64,000 nt of DNA from an uncultured Nitrososphaerales archaeon (GCA_963841565.1 CAWJCY010000006.1:64001-128000), one strand, 5' to 3'; shown: positions 21,188-32,963, counted from the first letter of the stretch. Numbers and translations: made by a program. Notes: generated by a model from the letters alone, not told the origin.

Positions 21188-21313
21188 TAGCGGGGGGTTG
21201 ATTTGAACTTACGGCATGTACGTGTGAACGTAACAAGTAACCGCTCTGCGGGTTATGAGCCCGCCGGGATAACCTAACCTTCTCCTTGGAGAATCTGGCT
21301 TCCCCACCCCGCT
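21188..21313 (-). tRNA. Initiator tRNA-Met(CAT) with two non-canonical introns (21274..21294 in D-loop, 21209..21238 in T-stem)
   Basis: A1:U72 pair, GGG/CCC anticodon stem, CAT; removing 21 and 30 nt at BHB-defined cuts gives a 75-nt cloverleaf. Confidence 0.92.
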
Positions 21314-21628
21314 AAAAATGCATCAGGGATGAGATAATATATCTTTATTTGTCTTCAAAATTGACATCATAAAGAACAGTCAGAATTTAGTAACTTCTAG
21401 CGAATTGCATCTCTGCACATTTTGATGAAAGGCCGTGTGGGAGATGCTTTGTTTGGTCTCTTACTAAGTAGGTCCCCCTACGACCTCATATTGCGGCATC
21501 TAGGTGATGCTACAATCTACAAACCCACTCCCGGAATACGACATCTAAAACCCTCCTCATCACATTGCGTCAAATTGATTTAACAAGAAAAGATAACTTG
21601 ATTTTCTAGGCAAATCATAGAAACTCTG

Positions 21629-22660
21629 ATGGAGCGGTATCCATACTTCATTGAAGGAGATGCGGACACTATTATCGATCGCCTTTCATTATTACCGAAA
21701 CAAAGGAAAAAATATAGGCTTATAGTTACTTCCCCTCCCTACTACAAGCACAGAAAATATGGCGGTGATGTTAGGGAGCTGGGTAGAGAATCCACTGATT
21801 ACGCATTTGTTGAACGACTTGTCAAGTTATTTGCAAAATGCAAAAGGCTTTTACGTGATGATGGAAGTTTGTGGGTTGTAATCGGGGATAGCCGAAGAAA
21901 TTATGGCAAGCTCTTGATTCCTCATCGTCTCACTGCGGGTTTAGTCAAGGAAGGTTACATTCTTCGAGAGGACATTATTTGGTACAAGAGAAACTACTTA
22001 GCTTCAGGCTCTCAAATTAACTTCTCCCAGGCTTACGAATACGTACTTTTCTTCGCAAAACATAATAATTGTTTTACCAATATGGACTTGATAAGAACCA
22101 AGGGCAATGAAGCAAGGGAGGGACGAAATAAAGAGCCACCCCTAAATATGTTACAATTTGGTCCTGTTCGGCCAGACAAAAAAAAGATTGCCCGCATAAT
22201 GGGGAAAATAACAAAATGGAGCTCTGCTCTGACGACGGAATTTTTGCCGTCTACAAGTGAAATAGCGAGAGCATACGGCTACGACCCCGAAAAATATTGT
22301 CCCACATGCTATCGAAAATTTAAACGTCATGCCACGAGGAATAGGATTGGTGATCACAAACATTATCCTATATTTGCTGTGTGCAATTTGAGAGGCAAGA
22401 ATCCAGGAAATGTGTGGGATATATCAACTAAGGCTCACCATGGAAATGAGCACTTTGCAATCTTTCCTGAAGAGTTAGTGGAGAGAATAGTTAAATTTGC
22501 TACCCAAAAAGGAGATTGGGTGATGGATCCGTTCTCAGGTAGAGGGACTACAGGTATTATTTGTAAAAAATTGAAAAGACGGTTTGTAGGCATTGACCTT
22601 TACCCCAATAATATCTTGCTCTCAAAGAGGAATGTTCAAAAAGCGTCAACTTGTGACTAG
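21629..22660 (+). CDS. Orphan beta-class amino-DNA methyltransferase (probably m4C)
   Basis: Motif IV TSPPY N-terminal, HFAIFP and motif I DPFSGRGTT C-terminal; no neighbouring endonuclease. Confidence 0.9.
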   Translation: MERYPYFIEGDADTIIDRLSLLPKQRKKYRLIVTSPPYYKHRKYGGDVRELGRESTDYAFVERLVKLFAKCKRLLRDDGSLWVVIGDSRRNYGKLLIPHRLTAGLVKEGYILREDIIWYKRNYLASGSQINFSQAYEYVLFFAKHNNCFTNMDLIRTKGNEAREGRNKEPPLNMLQFGPVRPDKKKIARIMGKITKWSSALTTEFLPSTSEIARAYGYDPEKYCPTCYRKFKRHATRNRIGDHKHYPIFAVCNLRGKNPGNVWDISTKAHHGNEHFAIFPEELVERIVKFATQKGDWVMDPFSGRGTTGIICKKLKRRFVGIDLYPNNILLSKRNVQKASTCD

Positions 22661-22753
22661 GAATAGCGCCGGAATAGTTCTTCCATCTGTTATTCCTATG
22701 TTAACCGCGAACTTTTATATTACCAGATTTGGTTCATAATCAAAAGCAACAAC

Positions 22754-23872
22754 ATGCATGCTGCGGTTTTCCACTCACCAAATAATATTTCATTAGAAGA
22801 AAGACATGATGGATATTCCTTAAGTCATCATCAGCGGAGAGGGGTTTTGGTGCGGATGAATGCATGCGCTGTTTGCGGGTATGATGTAAATGTGTATAGA
22901 AATGGACATATCAAAGTCAGGGCCCCCGTTGTCCTAGGGCATGAGATTTGTGGGGAACTCGTAGAATCTCCCAGTTGTGCAATATCACATTCTTATCCAG
23001 ATGAAGATATTTACAAACTCGATCTAGTCGAAGGCACACGAGTGGTACTTTCGCCCGTTGTACCTTGTTTGAATTGTATGTATTGTGATACCGGACAATA
23101 CAACCTATGCACTAACCTTGGAGAAATTGGATCTTCTATAGATGGAGGATTTGCCGAATTCGTACGCATTCCAATCAATACTCTGAGAATTGGAGGGCTC
23201 ATCCCACTCCCTAATTCGCTTACCAATGAAGAATCGACATTGATTGAGCCTCTGGCTTGCTGCCTTAACGGCTTTAAGCGCATTAATTCTATCGTTAATG
23301 ATCGATTGGAAGATAAAACTTTTGTGATACTTGGAGATGGACCAATTGGGCTCATTCACTTACAACTTGCAAAATATCTATATGGTGCTAAAGTGATAGT
23401 TGTCGGACGAGTAAATCATCGACTACAAACAGCAAGAAACATGGGGGCCGATGTTGTGATAGAGCTCGAAGAGAATAAAGACTCACCAACTTGTGCTATC
23501 AAAGAGGTGTTAGACCTAACTAATGGAAAAGGGTCAAGTGTATCGATAATAGCCACTCCAAATCCTGACGCGTTAGAGGTAGCTGCTGGAATCGCTTCTA
23601 AGAATTCTATTATTAATATCTTCGCAGGTATGCCAAGGCATTTGAGTTTTCAACTGGATCCCAACTGGGTTCACTATAATCAGATTGCTCTTATTGGAAG
23701 TTTCAGTGCTACGCCTAAATTAATTCATGAATCAATTGCACTTGTCGCCGAAAAGCGGGGGATTAACCTTTCTTCGATCATCACTCATCGGTGTAAGCTC
23801 GACGAAATATACAAAGCGCTTGAAATTACCGAAGAATTTTTGGGCTTACGGGTAGTAATAAATTCCTTCTAA
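22754..23872 (+). CDS. Zinc-dependent alcohol dehydrogenase (threonine/sorbitol dehydrogenase-like)
   Basis: VCGYD, LGHE, CLNCMYC..C, EPLACC, GDGPIG. Confidence 0.9.
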   Translation: MHAAVFHSPNNISLEERHDGYSLSHHQRRGVLVRMNACAVCGYDVNVYRNGHIKVRAPVVLGHEICGELVESPSCAISHSYPDEDIYKLDLVEGTRVVLSPVVPCLNCMYCDTGQYNLCTNLGEIGSSIDGGFAEFVRIPINTLRIGGLIPLPNSLTNEESTLIEPLACCLNGFKRINSIVNDRLEDKTFVILGDGPIGLIHLQLAKYLYGAKVIVVGRVNHRLQTARNMGADVVIELEENKDSPTCAIKEVLDLTNGKGSSVSIIATPNPDALEVAAGIASKNSIINIFAGMPRHLSFQLDPNWVHYNQIALIGSFSATPKLIHESIALVAEKRGINLSSIITHRCKLDEIYKALEITEEFLGLRVVINSF

Positions 23873-24243
23873 ATCATTGCTAATGATTCCACCGATGTTC
23901 TTCTCACAGAAAATGATGCGATCAAAACGGCTCGTAAAATCTGGAGTGTAAATAGACCAGAATTTTGCATTTAAGAGATTTCGTTTAATTTCACAAAGAA
24001 TAAGGGACAATTTACTTGTTCCCGAACCAGCATCGATTGACTGGATCCTGTGAAAAAGGTCGACTATGTGGAATAAAATCAAAATAACGTCATACGTCTA
24101 GGAAATAAAAAGTGTGAAATCTAAATAAATGCAATTATTTGATGAAGTATGCGGGATCCGAAACAAATTCCAAAGGGCCTCTGACCCTGACCTATATTCG
24201 TATACATTGAAAATAGGGTTAATGATAGGAATTCGTCGAGAAA

Positions 24244-24807
24244 TTAGTACTTATGCTGATGTTTGTAAATCGGAGAATTCAAATCACGTTGCTGAAATAA
24301 CGATTTGATTCGTTTCACACCGTTTATCGTTGCTATGAATTCAGCCGTTGTGTGAGGGACTAGGCTCTGCCAGTCCCTATCTATTACCATTCGACGTCGA
24401 ATTTGGGTTGCTGACAATGCTCTTCTCTTATGTAATCGTGGTTGCACTACCTTTACTCCCCTTTCGGTAAAAAGGTTTTTCGTAAAGGGATCATTTGTAT
24501 AAACCCTGTCATATCGTGGCACAAGTAAATCCATCTGATATGTCCAGAGATAATGAATATCGATGTCTGGAACCGGGATCAAAATAATCCTATGCTCATC
24601 AATTTCTTGCTCTGCGGTTAGGGTCTCACGGATCATCTCTATACGTTCACCTGCTGTAAACGGATTTCTAAATTCATGGCTCCTTTGAGAACTTCCGACC
24701 ACTATTATCAATTCGTCTACTTCTTTAGACGAATCTCTCACAGCCGATAAATGGCCCAAGTGGAACGGTTGGAACCTTCCCACAAGAATCCCTCTTGCTA
24801 TTGCCAT
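24244..24807 (-). CDS. nadM: Nicotinamide-nucleotide adenylyltransferase (NadM)
   Basis: GRFQPFHLGH, NPFTAGERIEMI, SATQIR. Confidence 0.93.
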   Translation of the reverse strand: MAIARGILVGRFQPFHLGHLSAVRDSSKEVDELIIVVGSSQRSHEFRNPFTAGERIEMIRETLTAEQEIDEHRIILIPVPDIDIHYLWTYQMDLLVPRYDRVYTNDPFTKNLFTERGVKVVQPRLHKRRALSATQIRRRMVIDRDWQSLVPHTTAEFIATINGVKRIKSLFQQRDLNSPIYKHQHKY

Positions 24808-25187
24808 AGCTTATTACCCCCGTAGATGGAGGTCCAATTTAAAGGAACATAGTTAGTATTAGGTTATCGAAAACAAGCCAACAAATTCGCGTCATAGGAA
24901 TGTACCAACCCTTTTTTAAATCGGCTTTCAAGCATAGGACCAATGGGATATGGGAGTGGTTTTCAAACAAGAACTAGCAGGGATACCTGTGATTTTCGAG
25001 AAAAAGGATTAATTGCAATAGAATTGACTATATTTTATTAGGAATCTATCTAGTATGGAATACTGTTAGATCAGCTCTTGGTGTCTTTTCATTAGGTTTT
25101 TTACTATAAAGACATGGAGTTGACGAGAGGAAAAATATAGGAAGTAAAACTATTTCCTTTAATATGTCAACGATCCTACTATAATCA

Positions 25188-25586
25188 TTGTTTCCTGTAC
25201 GCAAGAAGGAAAAAGACGCAATGATGAGGAAGAGACAGCAAAGTGTTCCATATGGACCTTGGTTCAATGATCTAAACAAACTGACAACTGAAGAACTTAT
25301 GCGCATGTACAATGTGATTTCAACAGGATCCTACGAGTTTGCAAAGAATGCTTGGTATTTTCCAATAGGAGGTGACCAGAGGTGTCCGATAATGATCGCC
25401 AAAGGCTATAAGCTTCCAATTACATCAAATGAGATGATAGACTTCCAAGATATAGCTTTAGGCCTCGAGAAACAATTCAAAGAATTCGTCGATGCATGGG
25501 ACTACGGGAAAATTACAACAAGAGATATAGAGAATGCAATACTTGAGTTGTTCGAAGTCAGAAGCATTAAGATTATTCAAGATTAG
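25188..25586 (+). CDS. Hypothetical protein
   Basis: 132-aa ORF with protein-like composition; start uncertain. Confidence 0.6.
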   Translation: MFPVRKKEKDAMMRKRQQSVPYGPWFNDLNKLTTEELMRMYNVISTGSYEFAKNAWYFPIGGDQRCPIMIAKGYKLPITSNEMIDFQDIALGLEKQFKEFVDAWDYGKITTRDIENAILELFEVRSIKIIQD

Positions 25587-25905
25587 ATCGGAATGCTAAT
25601 GTATCTCAGAAAACCGGCAACGTGATTTACATTTCCATTAGGTCGTGGGTAAGACAATTTAATCATACAACGTGGTCTCTTACCCCAAAATGAAGCGTTC
25701 ATGATCCAATGACTCAGATTCAGTAGTTCAAATCTACACCTTCATTTGTGGATCATTTTTCTCTACAGTGAAATCCCAACTCATATCCTTAAAGACGCAG
25801 CAAAGAATATCGGGCAAGGCCTGCACAACACCTTTGAGCGTTCCCAAAACAATTAATACCCTATAACATGCAGGAATTACTCCAATTCGTTGTGGGTAAT
25901 ATACG

Positions 25906-27321
25906 ATGAGGGATCTGAAAAATAATGTACCCGATTCTAAACATGAAATGAATGACAAAAATGCTTCACCCGGAGACTGGGTAGTCGTAACTACACACAA
26001 CGGAGATACATTTCAAGGTACTCTTATGCCTAGGTACGCATCAATGGATAAGAAGCACGTTGTCCTAAAATTGAAGAGCGGATATAATCTAGGAATTTTA
26101 TCTTCTAAGGTAAAGTCTATCTGTAAATCTGAACACAATTTAGGACGTGCTACAAATCTTGTAGATACTGCCAAGCCAATGCTACAAATAGAGAAAGAAA
26201 ATTTGCAGCCTGTTCACAAAATTTCACTTATTGGCACCGGCGGCACGATTGCCAGTAAAGTAGACTATCGGACAGGTGGAGTAAGCGCTGCATTGTCTGC
26301 GTCAGAGATCTATGATGCTGTACCAGAGCTTAGAGAATATGCATCTATAGACGCTGATTTCATGTTCAATGAATATAGCGAAAATCTTGAGCCTCATCAT
26401 TGGACTCGGATCGCTAACAGGATCGCTGAGAAAGTAAGGAGTGGAGGCTATCGAGGCATAGTGGTCTCACATGGTACTGATACGATGCACTATACAGCTG
26501 CTGCACTGAGTTTTGCTCTTCACAATCTGCCTATCCCAGTAGTTTTAGTTGGATCTCAAAGATCATCGGATAGACCCTCTTCCGACGGAGCCCTTAATCT
26601 TATAGGTGCCACGATTTTCGCGATAAAATCTCCTTATGCTGGAGTGTTTGTTGCGATGCACGGAAGCACGTCAGATGACTTTATCTCCTGTCATTTGGGA
26701 ACAAGGGTTAGGAAGAATCATACAAGCCGACGAGATGCATTTGAATCAATAGACAGGTTGCCTATCGCCACAGTGAACAATACAGAGGTGAAGATAGAGT
26801 CACAATTTATTAACATGGATATTCCAAATCGTCTTAATAATTACGATGCAAGCTTCTCCAAAAAACTTGAGAGTAATTTCGAAGTCAAGTCGAAATTTGA
26901 TCCAAGGGTTACTCTCATAAAATACCACCCAGGACTAGATCCAAGCTTAATTGGATATGCAGTCAAAACTGGTTGCAGAGCAATCGTTCTTGAAGGAACT
27001 GGATTAGGACATGTAGGAAGAAAATTCTTCCCTGAGGTCGCAAAAGCCATCAAATCAGGTGTGTTGATATTTATGACATCTCAATGTATCTGGGGAAGGA
27101 CGAATATGAAAGTCTATGACACAGGCAGAGACTTGATCGAATTAGGGGTTTTGCCTCTTGAAGATATGACTTCAGAGACGGCTGTGGTAAAGGCGATGTG
27201 GGCAATTGCTAACTCACATGACAATGTAGAGGCAGCAAAAATGATGGAAAGGAACATAGCTAATGAAATATCTTTAATGTCTCCGATAAATAGACGATTG
27301 CTGTATTATGGGAAGGATTAG
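25906..27321 (+). CDS. gatD: Glu-tRNA(Gln) amidotransferase subunit D
   Basis: [41 protein letters not shown]. Confidence 0.96.
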   Translation: MRDLKNNVPDSKHEMNDKNASPGDWVVVTTHNGDTFQGTLMPRYASMDKKHVVLKLKSGYNLGILSSKVKSICKSEHNLGRATNLVDTAKPMLQIEKENLQPVHKISLIGTGGTIASKVDYRTGGVSAALSASEIYDAVPELREYASIDADFMFNEYSENLEPHHWTRIANRIAEKVRSGGYRGIVVSHGTDTMHYTAAALSFALHNLPIPVVLVGSQRSSDRPSSDGALNLIGATIFAIKSPYAGVFVAMHGSTSDDFISCHLGTRVRKNHTSRRDAFESIDRLPIATVNNTEVKIESQFINMDIPNRLNNYDASFSKKLESNFEVKSKFDPRVTLIKYHPGLDPSLIGYAVKTGCRAIVLEGTGLGHVGRKFFPEVAKAIKSGVLIFMTSQCIWGRTNMKVYDTGRDLIELGVLPLEDMTSETAVVKAMWAIANSHDNVEAAKMMERNIANEISLMSPINRRLLYYGKD

Positions 27322-27326
27322 ATAGT

Positions 27327-29301
27327 TTGACAACCAAAGCACCTAAGACCGGTTCTAAGTATTCCATTCCAGAATTGGACTCAAAAATTTCAGGAGCCAA
27401 TGTAATGGTAGGCTTGGAGATACATCAACAATTGGCTTCTCAGAGTAAGCTCTTCTGTGAATGTAGTAACAAAGGCGCTGAACAGTCAACCCTGACATTC
27501 ATGCGTAAACTGAGACCTGCATATAGTGAGCTGAGGTGGGTACGATCCAGCAGCCCTCTTCGAAGCAACAAAGATGAAATCTATAAGATATCACAGTCAT
27601 CCCGCCACGAGTTGTTTAGTTGAGGCAGATGAAGAACCACCTCATTCCGTTGATAAGGAGTCTCTCGAAACGGCACTTATAGTTGCGTTGGCGCTTCATT
27701 CTAGGGTAATAGACGAGATTCACGTTATGAGAAAAATTGTGATTGACGGATCCAATACGACTGGATTTCAACGGACTATGTTAGTTGGCACAGGAGGGTA
27801 CCTTGAAATAGATGGAAACAAGAAGGTGGGAGTACAAAGCGTATGCCTGGAAGAGGATGCGGCTCGACTCCTTTCTGACGACAATACCGCGAGAGATTAC
27901 TCCTTAGACAGATTAGGTACTCCATTGGTTGAGGTAGCACTTGAACCTATGAGTGGAACGCCTCAAGAAGTATTACAAGTTGCGGTAACATTAGGAAGGC
28001 TGCTCAGAGCTAGCAAAAGAGTGGAGAGAGGTATAGGTACTATAAGGCAAGATATCAATGTCTCGGTCAACGGAGGAGCGGTAGTAGAAATTAAAGGGAT
28101 TCAGCAACTAGATCAGCTCATCAAAGTTATAGAATTTGAAACAACAAGACAACTTGGCTTGATACAGATCGCAGCTAAATTGACTCAAAGACTTACCCCT
28201 CACGCCTCGGAACACAATAAATATGAAATTCAAGAATCCACGGTAAAAGATGCAACTGACATTTTAAGACGCTCTTCCTCTAAGGCAGTGGTCCAGATTT
28301 TAGAGAGAGAAAGCACACAATTTATGGCGATAAAGGCAGAGGGATTGAATGGAATCTTAGGGTACGAGCCCTATGCTGGGGTGAGACTTGGCAGACAGTT
28401 AGCTGAAATAGTAAGATTCTATGGGTTAGGCGGAATTTTTCATTCTGATGAACTGCCTAACTATGGAATTACAGAGTCCGAAGTTGCAGCAATCAAGGAA
28501 AGATTGGGTATGGCAAGCGGACGTGATGCATTTATTTTGATTGGCGGTGACAGTGATAGGGTTCAATTCGCCGTTAATGCAATTCTTCAGAGGTTGGAGA
28601 AGGCAACGCAAGGTGTTATACCTGAAACGAGGGCAGCGACGCTGGATGGGAAAACGATTTTCATAAGACCGAGACCTGGGTCAAGCCGAATGTATCCTGA
28701 GACTGATGTCCTTCCTATAAAAATAGATGATTTGACTTTGGATTCATTGAAAGCCTCAGTGCCCAAACCATTTGAAAGTTACATAAAAGATATAATGCAA
28801 AGATATCACCTTAACCGCAAACTAGCCCTTGAGATTTTTGACTCTGATCGCCTGAAACTCTTTGAGAACATAGTCAAAAGTACAAAGGTACAACCAACTT
28901 TTATTGCCTCAAAAATAACAGAAGATCTCACTAGCCTAAGGAGGAAGGGCTTGAATCCAGATAGACTTTCCGATAAGTCGATTAAAATAGCATTTCAATT
29001 GCTTGATGCAGGCGATATAGCGAAGGAATCGATTCCAGTAATACTTGAGACTATGCTAACGAAGGATCTCGATGATGTAAAAGAGGCCATTCAGACTCTT
29101 GGTCTTAAACAAGTAAGCGAAAGTGAACTAAATGAAATCATAGACAAGATAATCGGTGAGAACATGGTCTTGATTAAACAAAAAGGGAGAGATTCGTTGG
29201 GAACACTGATGGGCAGGAGTATGTCATTACTAAGGGGCAGAGTAGATGGAAAAACGGTAAGTTCCATTCTTGAAAGTAAATTGGAACAAAGTCTATCGTA
29301 G
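27327..29301 (+). CDS. gatE: Glu-tRNA(Gln) amidotransferase subunit E; one extra base at ~27533 (probable sequencing error)
   Basis: [13 protein letters not shown] in first ORF; removing 1 nt gives [13 protein letters not shown], joining ORF 27574..29301 ([18 protein letters not shown]). Confidence 0.94.
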
Positions 29302-29466
29302 AGTAGCGTAATTTGCAGTTTCGAGTTTATCTAGCAATATGCGAATACGACCTACTTGATGCGATGAGGATTAATTCATCCTGGTTACGTCCAGATTTTT
29401 CGCTGAATATTTTATAACAGAATTTATATTGTTCATTTGTGTTAAAATGCATGAATTTGGATTAGC

Positions 29467-29766
29467 ATGAATGGTTCAACTGAAAGCGCCACAACTTCTA
29501 CGTCAAATGTTCTGGCTTCAACAAACAATGAAACAAATCGAAAGGCAAAAGAAGCCATTTTTGTTCTATGTGACAATTGTCACTGGGCTGCGACATTTAT
29601 TGACAAGTCGAGATTGGATCTCATAGAAAATGGTTGTATTATATGTGAGGAATCTCTTGTTTCGAGTTTTCCGATTCTTGATAATGAATCATTTACCATT
29701 GATATTACTGAACGAAGGGGTGTAGAATTGAACTTCGGGGTCCGTAGGAAAAAAAATAAGACTTGA
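29467..29766 (+). CDS. Small zinc-ribbon-like protein
   Basis: LCDNCHW...CIIC...RGVELNF. Confidence 0.7.
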   Translation: MNGSTESATTSTSNVLASTNNETNRKAKEAIFVLCDNCHWAATFIDKSRLDLIENGCIICEESLVSSFPILDNESFTIDITERRGVELNFGVRRKKNKT

Positions 29767-29867
29767 ATAATTCTAATTCCAACCACTCAAGTTTAAGTAA
29801 CCAATACAAAGTATCGAATCGAAAATGAGATGGGCCTTTCGAGGCTAAAATTATGAGATAACCCTTA

Positions 29868-30284
29868 TTATACCTGCGATTTTCCACATGACCTGCAAAA
29901 TTTGGCTTTAGAGTTAATTTCTGCACCACAACCGTTGCAGCTCCGTTTGAATGGGCTTCCTGGTGTGTTTCCGCTAGATATACTCGGGACAACGACGTTG
30001 TCTGACTCGCTTAACTGATGTGGTTCAACTTGCGACTTACCTCCTTTAGTTTCCAGGTTGCTCTTTAACTCGAGGACAAACCGTGCCTCCAAGAAGTTTA
30101 CTTTGGTCAGATCCAGTAGATAATCGCTTAACTTGTAAAAAAAATTAACATCATCAATCTTACCTTTCTTGTAAAGCTGAGCATCATCGATGAATGATTC
30201 ATACTTATCCTGTACGCCTTCTAAGACCTGCTTTAGCTGCTCTCCTAGTTCGGCTAAATTGCTCTTAGAAGAACCTTTCGACAT
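29868..30284 (-). CDS. Zinc-ribbon domain protein
   Basis: C-terminal CNGCG..AKFCRSCG. Confidence 0.8.
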   Translation of the reverse strand: MSKGSSKSNLAELGEQLKQVLEGVQDKYESFIDDAQLYKKGKIDDVNFFYKLSDYLLDLTKVNFLEARFVLELKSNLETKGGKSQVEPHQLSESDNVVVPSISSGNTPGSPFKRSCNGCGAEINSKAKFCRSCGKSQV

Positions 30285-30450
30285 TATAATACTCCTATTT
30301 TCTAGGACTAATATATCCTATTGATGCCATCGGTACATTTTCATTATGCTGTTCAAAAAGATGTGTCATCTCATTATTAAGATTTAGCGAAGCATCATTG
30401 CCTTGATAAAACACATTAATATCGATTTGAAGTCCAACTGAAGCACTAAA

Positions 30451-30525
30451 GGAGGGGTTGTCTAGACTGGTTAGGATACCTGCCTTACACGCAGGTGGTC
30501 ATGGGTTCGAATCCCATCCCCTCCA
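30451..30525 (+). tRNA. tRNA-Val(TAC), intronless
   Basis: GGAGGGG/CCCCTCC acceptor, CCTGC CT TAC AC GCAGG, ATGGG TTCGAAT CCCAT. Confidence 0.96.
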
Positions 30526-31047
30526 TTGCAGTAATGGGTTTTAGCTGACCTTATAAGTGTAAACTGGTACAGCTCACAAATGTATGATATATCTAGGGTA
30601 ACTCGCGACGAGGATGATATCTTGGGTGTTAGGAAGTTGATGAAATTGTGCTTTTGCGCCAAATTTGTGCCATTGAATCAGCAGTTTCAGAAGAACATTG
30701 GTTGATTGTCTTACCCTAGGCGTAGTGTACGGAGGCATAAATTTTTTTTAATTTAAGGGAGGCAAATTTCCGTGAAGCTTCGGATGACAAGGTTGTATTC
30801 GATTAGAATTTCAAAAGATAAACACCAAAGCTGGTCGACGTCTCATATCGCAACAATTAACCTTACTATTTGGAGAAGTATTTGCACCTTGTCAAAACGG
30901 TCTTACAAATAAATCTCTAGAAGCTCTTTAACGTATGTTTGGATAATCAGAAAGAAGTGGTAAAGTTGTTCTGCCTTTTTTCTAATAAATGATAGTAGAA
31001 TTGGTAATAGTTGATAGAGGAGGCAGAATTGATAAGTCTGATAAGCA

Positions 31048-31668
31048 ATGAGTGCCCGCATTTTTACCCCCGATATAAAGGTAGAACATGTAATTTCATT
31101 TAGTGACGCGGTATTTGCATTTGCCATAACTCTTATGGCGCTCACAATCGATATACCTGATTTACCTCTAAATCTTAGTCAATCAGAACTTTTACAGAGA
31201 CTAGATGATTTTTATCCTCAGTTCGAAGACTACGTTATTAGTTTTGCTGTTATTGCGACCTTCTGGATATCATATCATCAGGTTTTCAACCATATTAAAA
31301 GTTCGCATATCTCGATGGTTTACCTTAATCTCTTATTTTTGTTACTCATAACTCTACTATCATTAACAACTTCATTTGTAACGAACTACGCATCGTATCA
31401 GATACCATACATTATTTACTGCATAGTAGTAATTATGGCAAGCTCGTTACTTGTATTAATATGGTGGTTTGCCACAAGGCAGCACCGATTAGTAGACAAA
31501 GGGATACATCCACTATTCATAAAGGGCACCTTCTTAGTCCTTCTATCGCTACCCATAATTTTTGGTATTTCCATAGTTATCTCCTTTGTTGATTTAGATA
31601 TTGCACAATATTTCTGGTTAAGTATTATCCCAGTGAATATCTGGATTAGACACAAGTATAGACATTAA
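31048..31668 (+). CDS. TMEM175 (DUF1211) family potassium channel
   Basis: FSDAVFAFAITLM signature, YVISF..I..FW..YH, multiple TM helices. Confidence 0.88.
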   Translation: MSARIFTPDIKVEHVISFSDAVFAFAITLMALTIDIPDLPLNLSQSELLQRLDDFYPQFEDYVISFAVIATFWISYHQVFNHIKSSHISMVYLNLLFLLLITLLSLTTSFVTNYASYQIPYIIYCIVVIMASSLLVLIWWFATRQHRLVDKGIHPLFIKGTFLVLLSLPIIFGISIVISFVDLDIAQYFWLSIIPVNIWIRHKYRH

Positions 31669-31752
31669 ATGACTTGCCAATGTAGAAATCCCAATATGCG
31701 TTGTACGAGCTTGTAGGGACTATGGTAAACATTGAACATCTGAAATAAATTA

Positions 31753-31850
31753 GGTTTTAAATGTATACAGTGTCCAGAGTAGGCCATCTTTTAATGGGTC
31801 CCAATGTGGAAAGAATCTATATGACCAACACGTTCGATACGAAGATGAGA
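31753..31850 (+). pseudogene. Possible decayed zinc-finger gene remnant
   Basis: FKCIQCPE*AIF* then, with a frame change, SQCGKNLYDQHV. Confidence 0.25.
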
Positions 31851-32260
31851 AGAAATTATCATTTGTGACTCGCTTTCGATTGGATTGCAATCCCATCTCT
31901 ATCGACTTTGCAGTCGATACCTTGGTCTTTCTAACAGGAGCGATTTCTATTTGTGTGAGTTTATTATACCTGAAAGGATTCGAGTACCGAACATGTCCTT
32001 TCCACTGTCTTGGGAATTCTTAGCGCGAGCCCATGTTTTGGCGAGCCACTAAATTAACGTGAGTTATATGACTTCCAATAGCGAAGGTTTAAAATTACAT
32101 CTTGAAACAGCAGACTAGTGTGGTCACGCAAACATTTATCCTGTAGGGATCTACTACGATTCTTTGAATAACAGGTCTAATATCCTAACTGGAATACGGT
32201 CTTAGAAAATACATAATTTGGGAAAAATTGGGATGTCATACCAAACCCATATGGAATATT

Positions 32261-32752
32261 TCAATTTCGTTGGATTATTTGGATATAGTCAAAGTTCTTA
32301 CCGCTAACCTGAATACATCCACGATTCGTCACTAGTACAGGAGTTAAAGAGAAAAAGTGACTATAGTAAGAATCCCTCTCTATCTTAAGGGATCCTATTT
32401 CTAAAGGAGTATATCCAGAAGTACTTGTGTTTGCTATGGCTTGGCTTGCGATATTTTCACCAATTGATTCGGGGGTTGATACAATGTCCTTGTCAAGTAT
32501 CGCCGATTCGGCTTGTGCCATACCGTGATTTGGTTTATCGGGATCCGTTACGAGTTTTTTAGGTAAATCCTGACTCCCGACGATATCGTCTTTGCCCCTT
32601 TGTCTTAAATCCTTGCTCTCATCGTTTCCAGACCCATCTGAGACGAAACCTTCAAAACGTGCACCAACTCCCTTCACCTTGTCTGAAATCTCATCCTTTA
32701 TTGTTCCTACTTTGTCGTTAGGAAACCTTTCGTTCTTGGTCCATTTCATCAC
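32261..32752 (-). CDS. Hypothetical hydrophilic protein
   Basis: Charged, low-complexity N-terminal half; C-terminus uncertain. Confidence 0.5.
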   Translation of the reverse strand: MMKWTKNERFPNDKVGTIKDEISDKVKGVGARFEGFVSDGSGNDESKDLRQRGKDDIVGSQDLPKKLVTDPDKPNHGMAQAESAILDKDIVSTPESIGENIASQAIANTSTSGYTPLEIGSLKIERDSYYSHFFSLTPVLVTNRGCIQVSGKNFDYIQIIQRN

Positions 32753-32963
32753 AACCAGCTCCTAAATATATGGGAATTCTATGATGTCTTATTAATATAC
32801 TTAAGTCGCGCGACAGGGTATGATTTCCATGTTGATTGGCTGCCCATCGCCCCGCTTTTGGATTATTAGCAATCCAGTCTTAAATCCCGATGAGCTTGTT
32901 TACCTTATCCTAACAATTAGTGGACGCAATAATTAAAAGCGTTACTAGTGAAAGTTCATAGTA

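Noticed and set aside
19734-29301. tiaS and gatE as pseudogenes or programmed frameshifts
   Set aside because: Both are essential and otherwise intact, with no slippery heptamer at the break; the shared AGCT context points to basecalling error
31889-31898. AATCCCATC matching the tRNA-Val T-arm as a possible att site
   Set aside because: Only about 9 nt, expected by chance, and no integrase nearby
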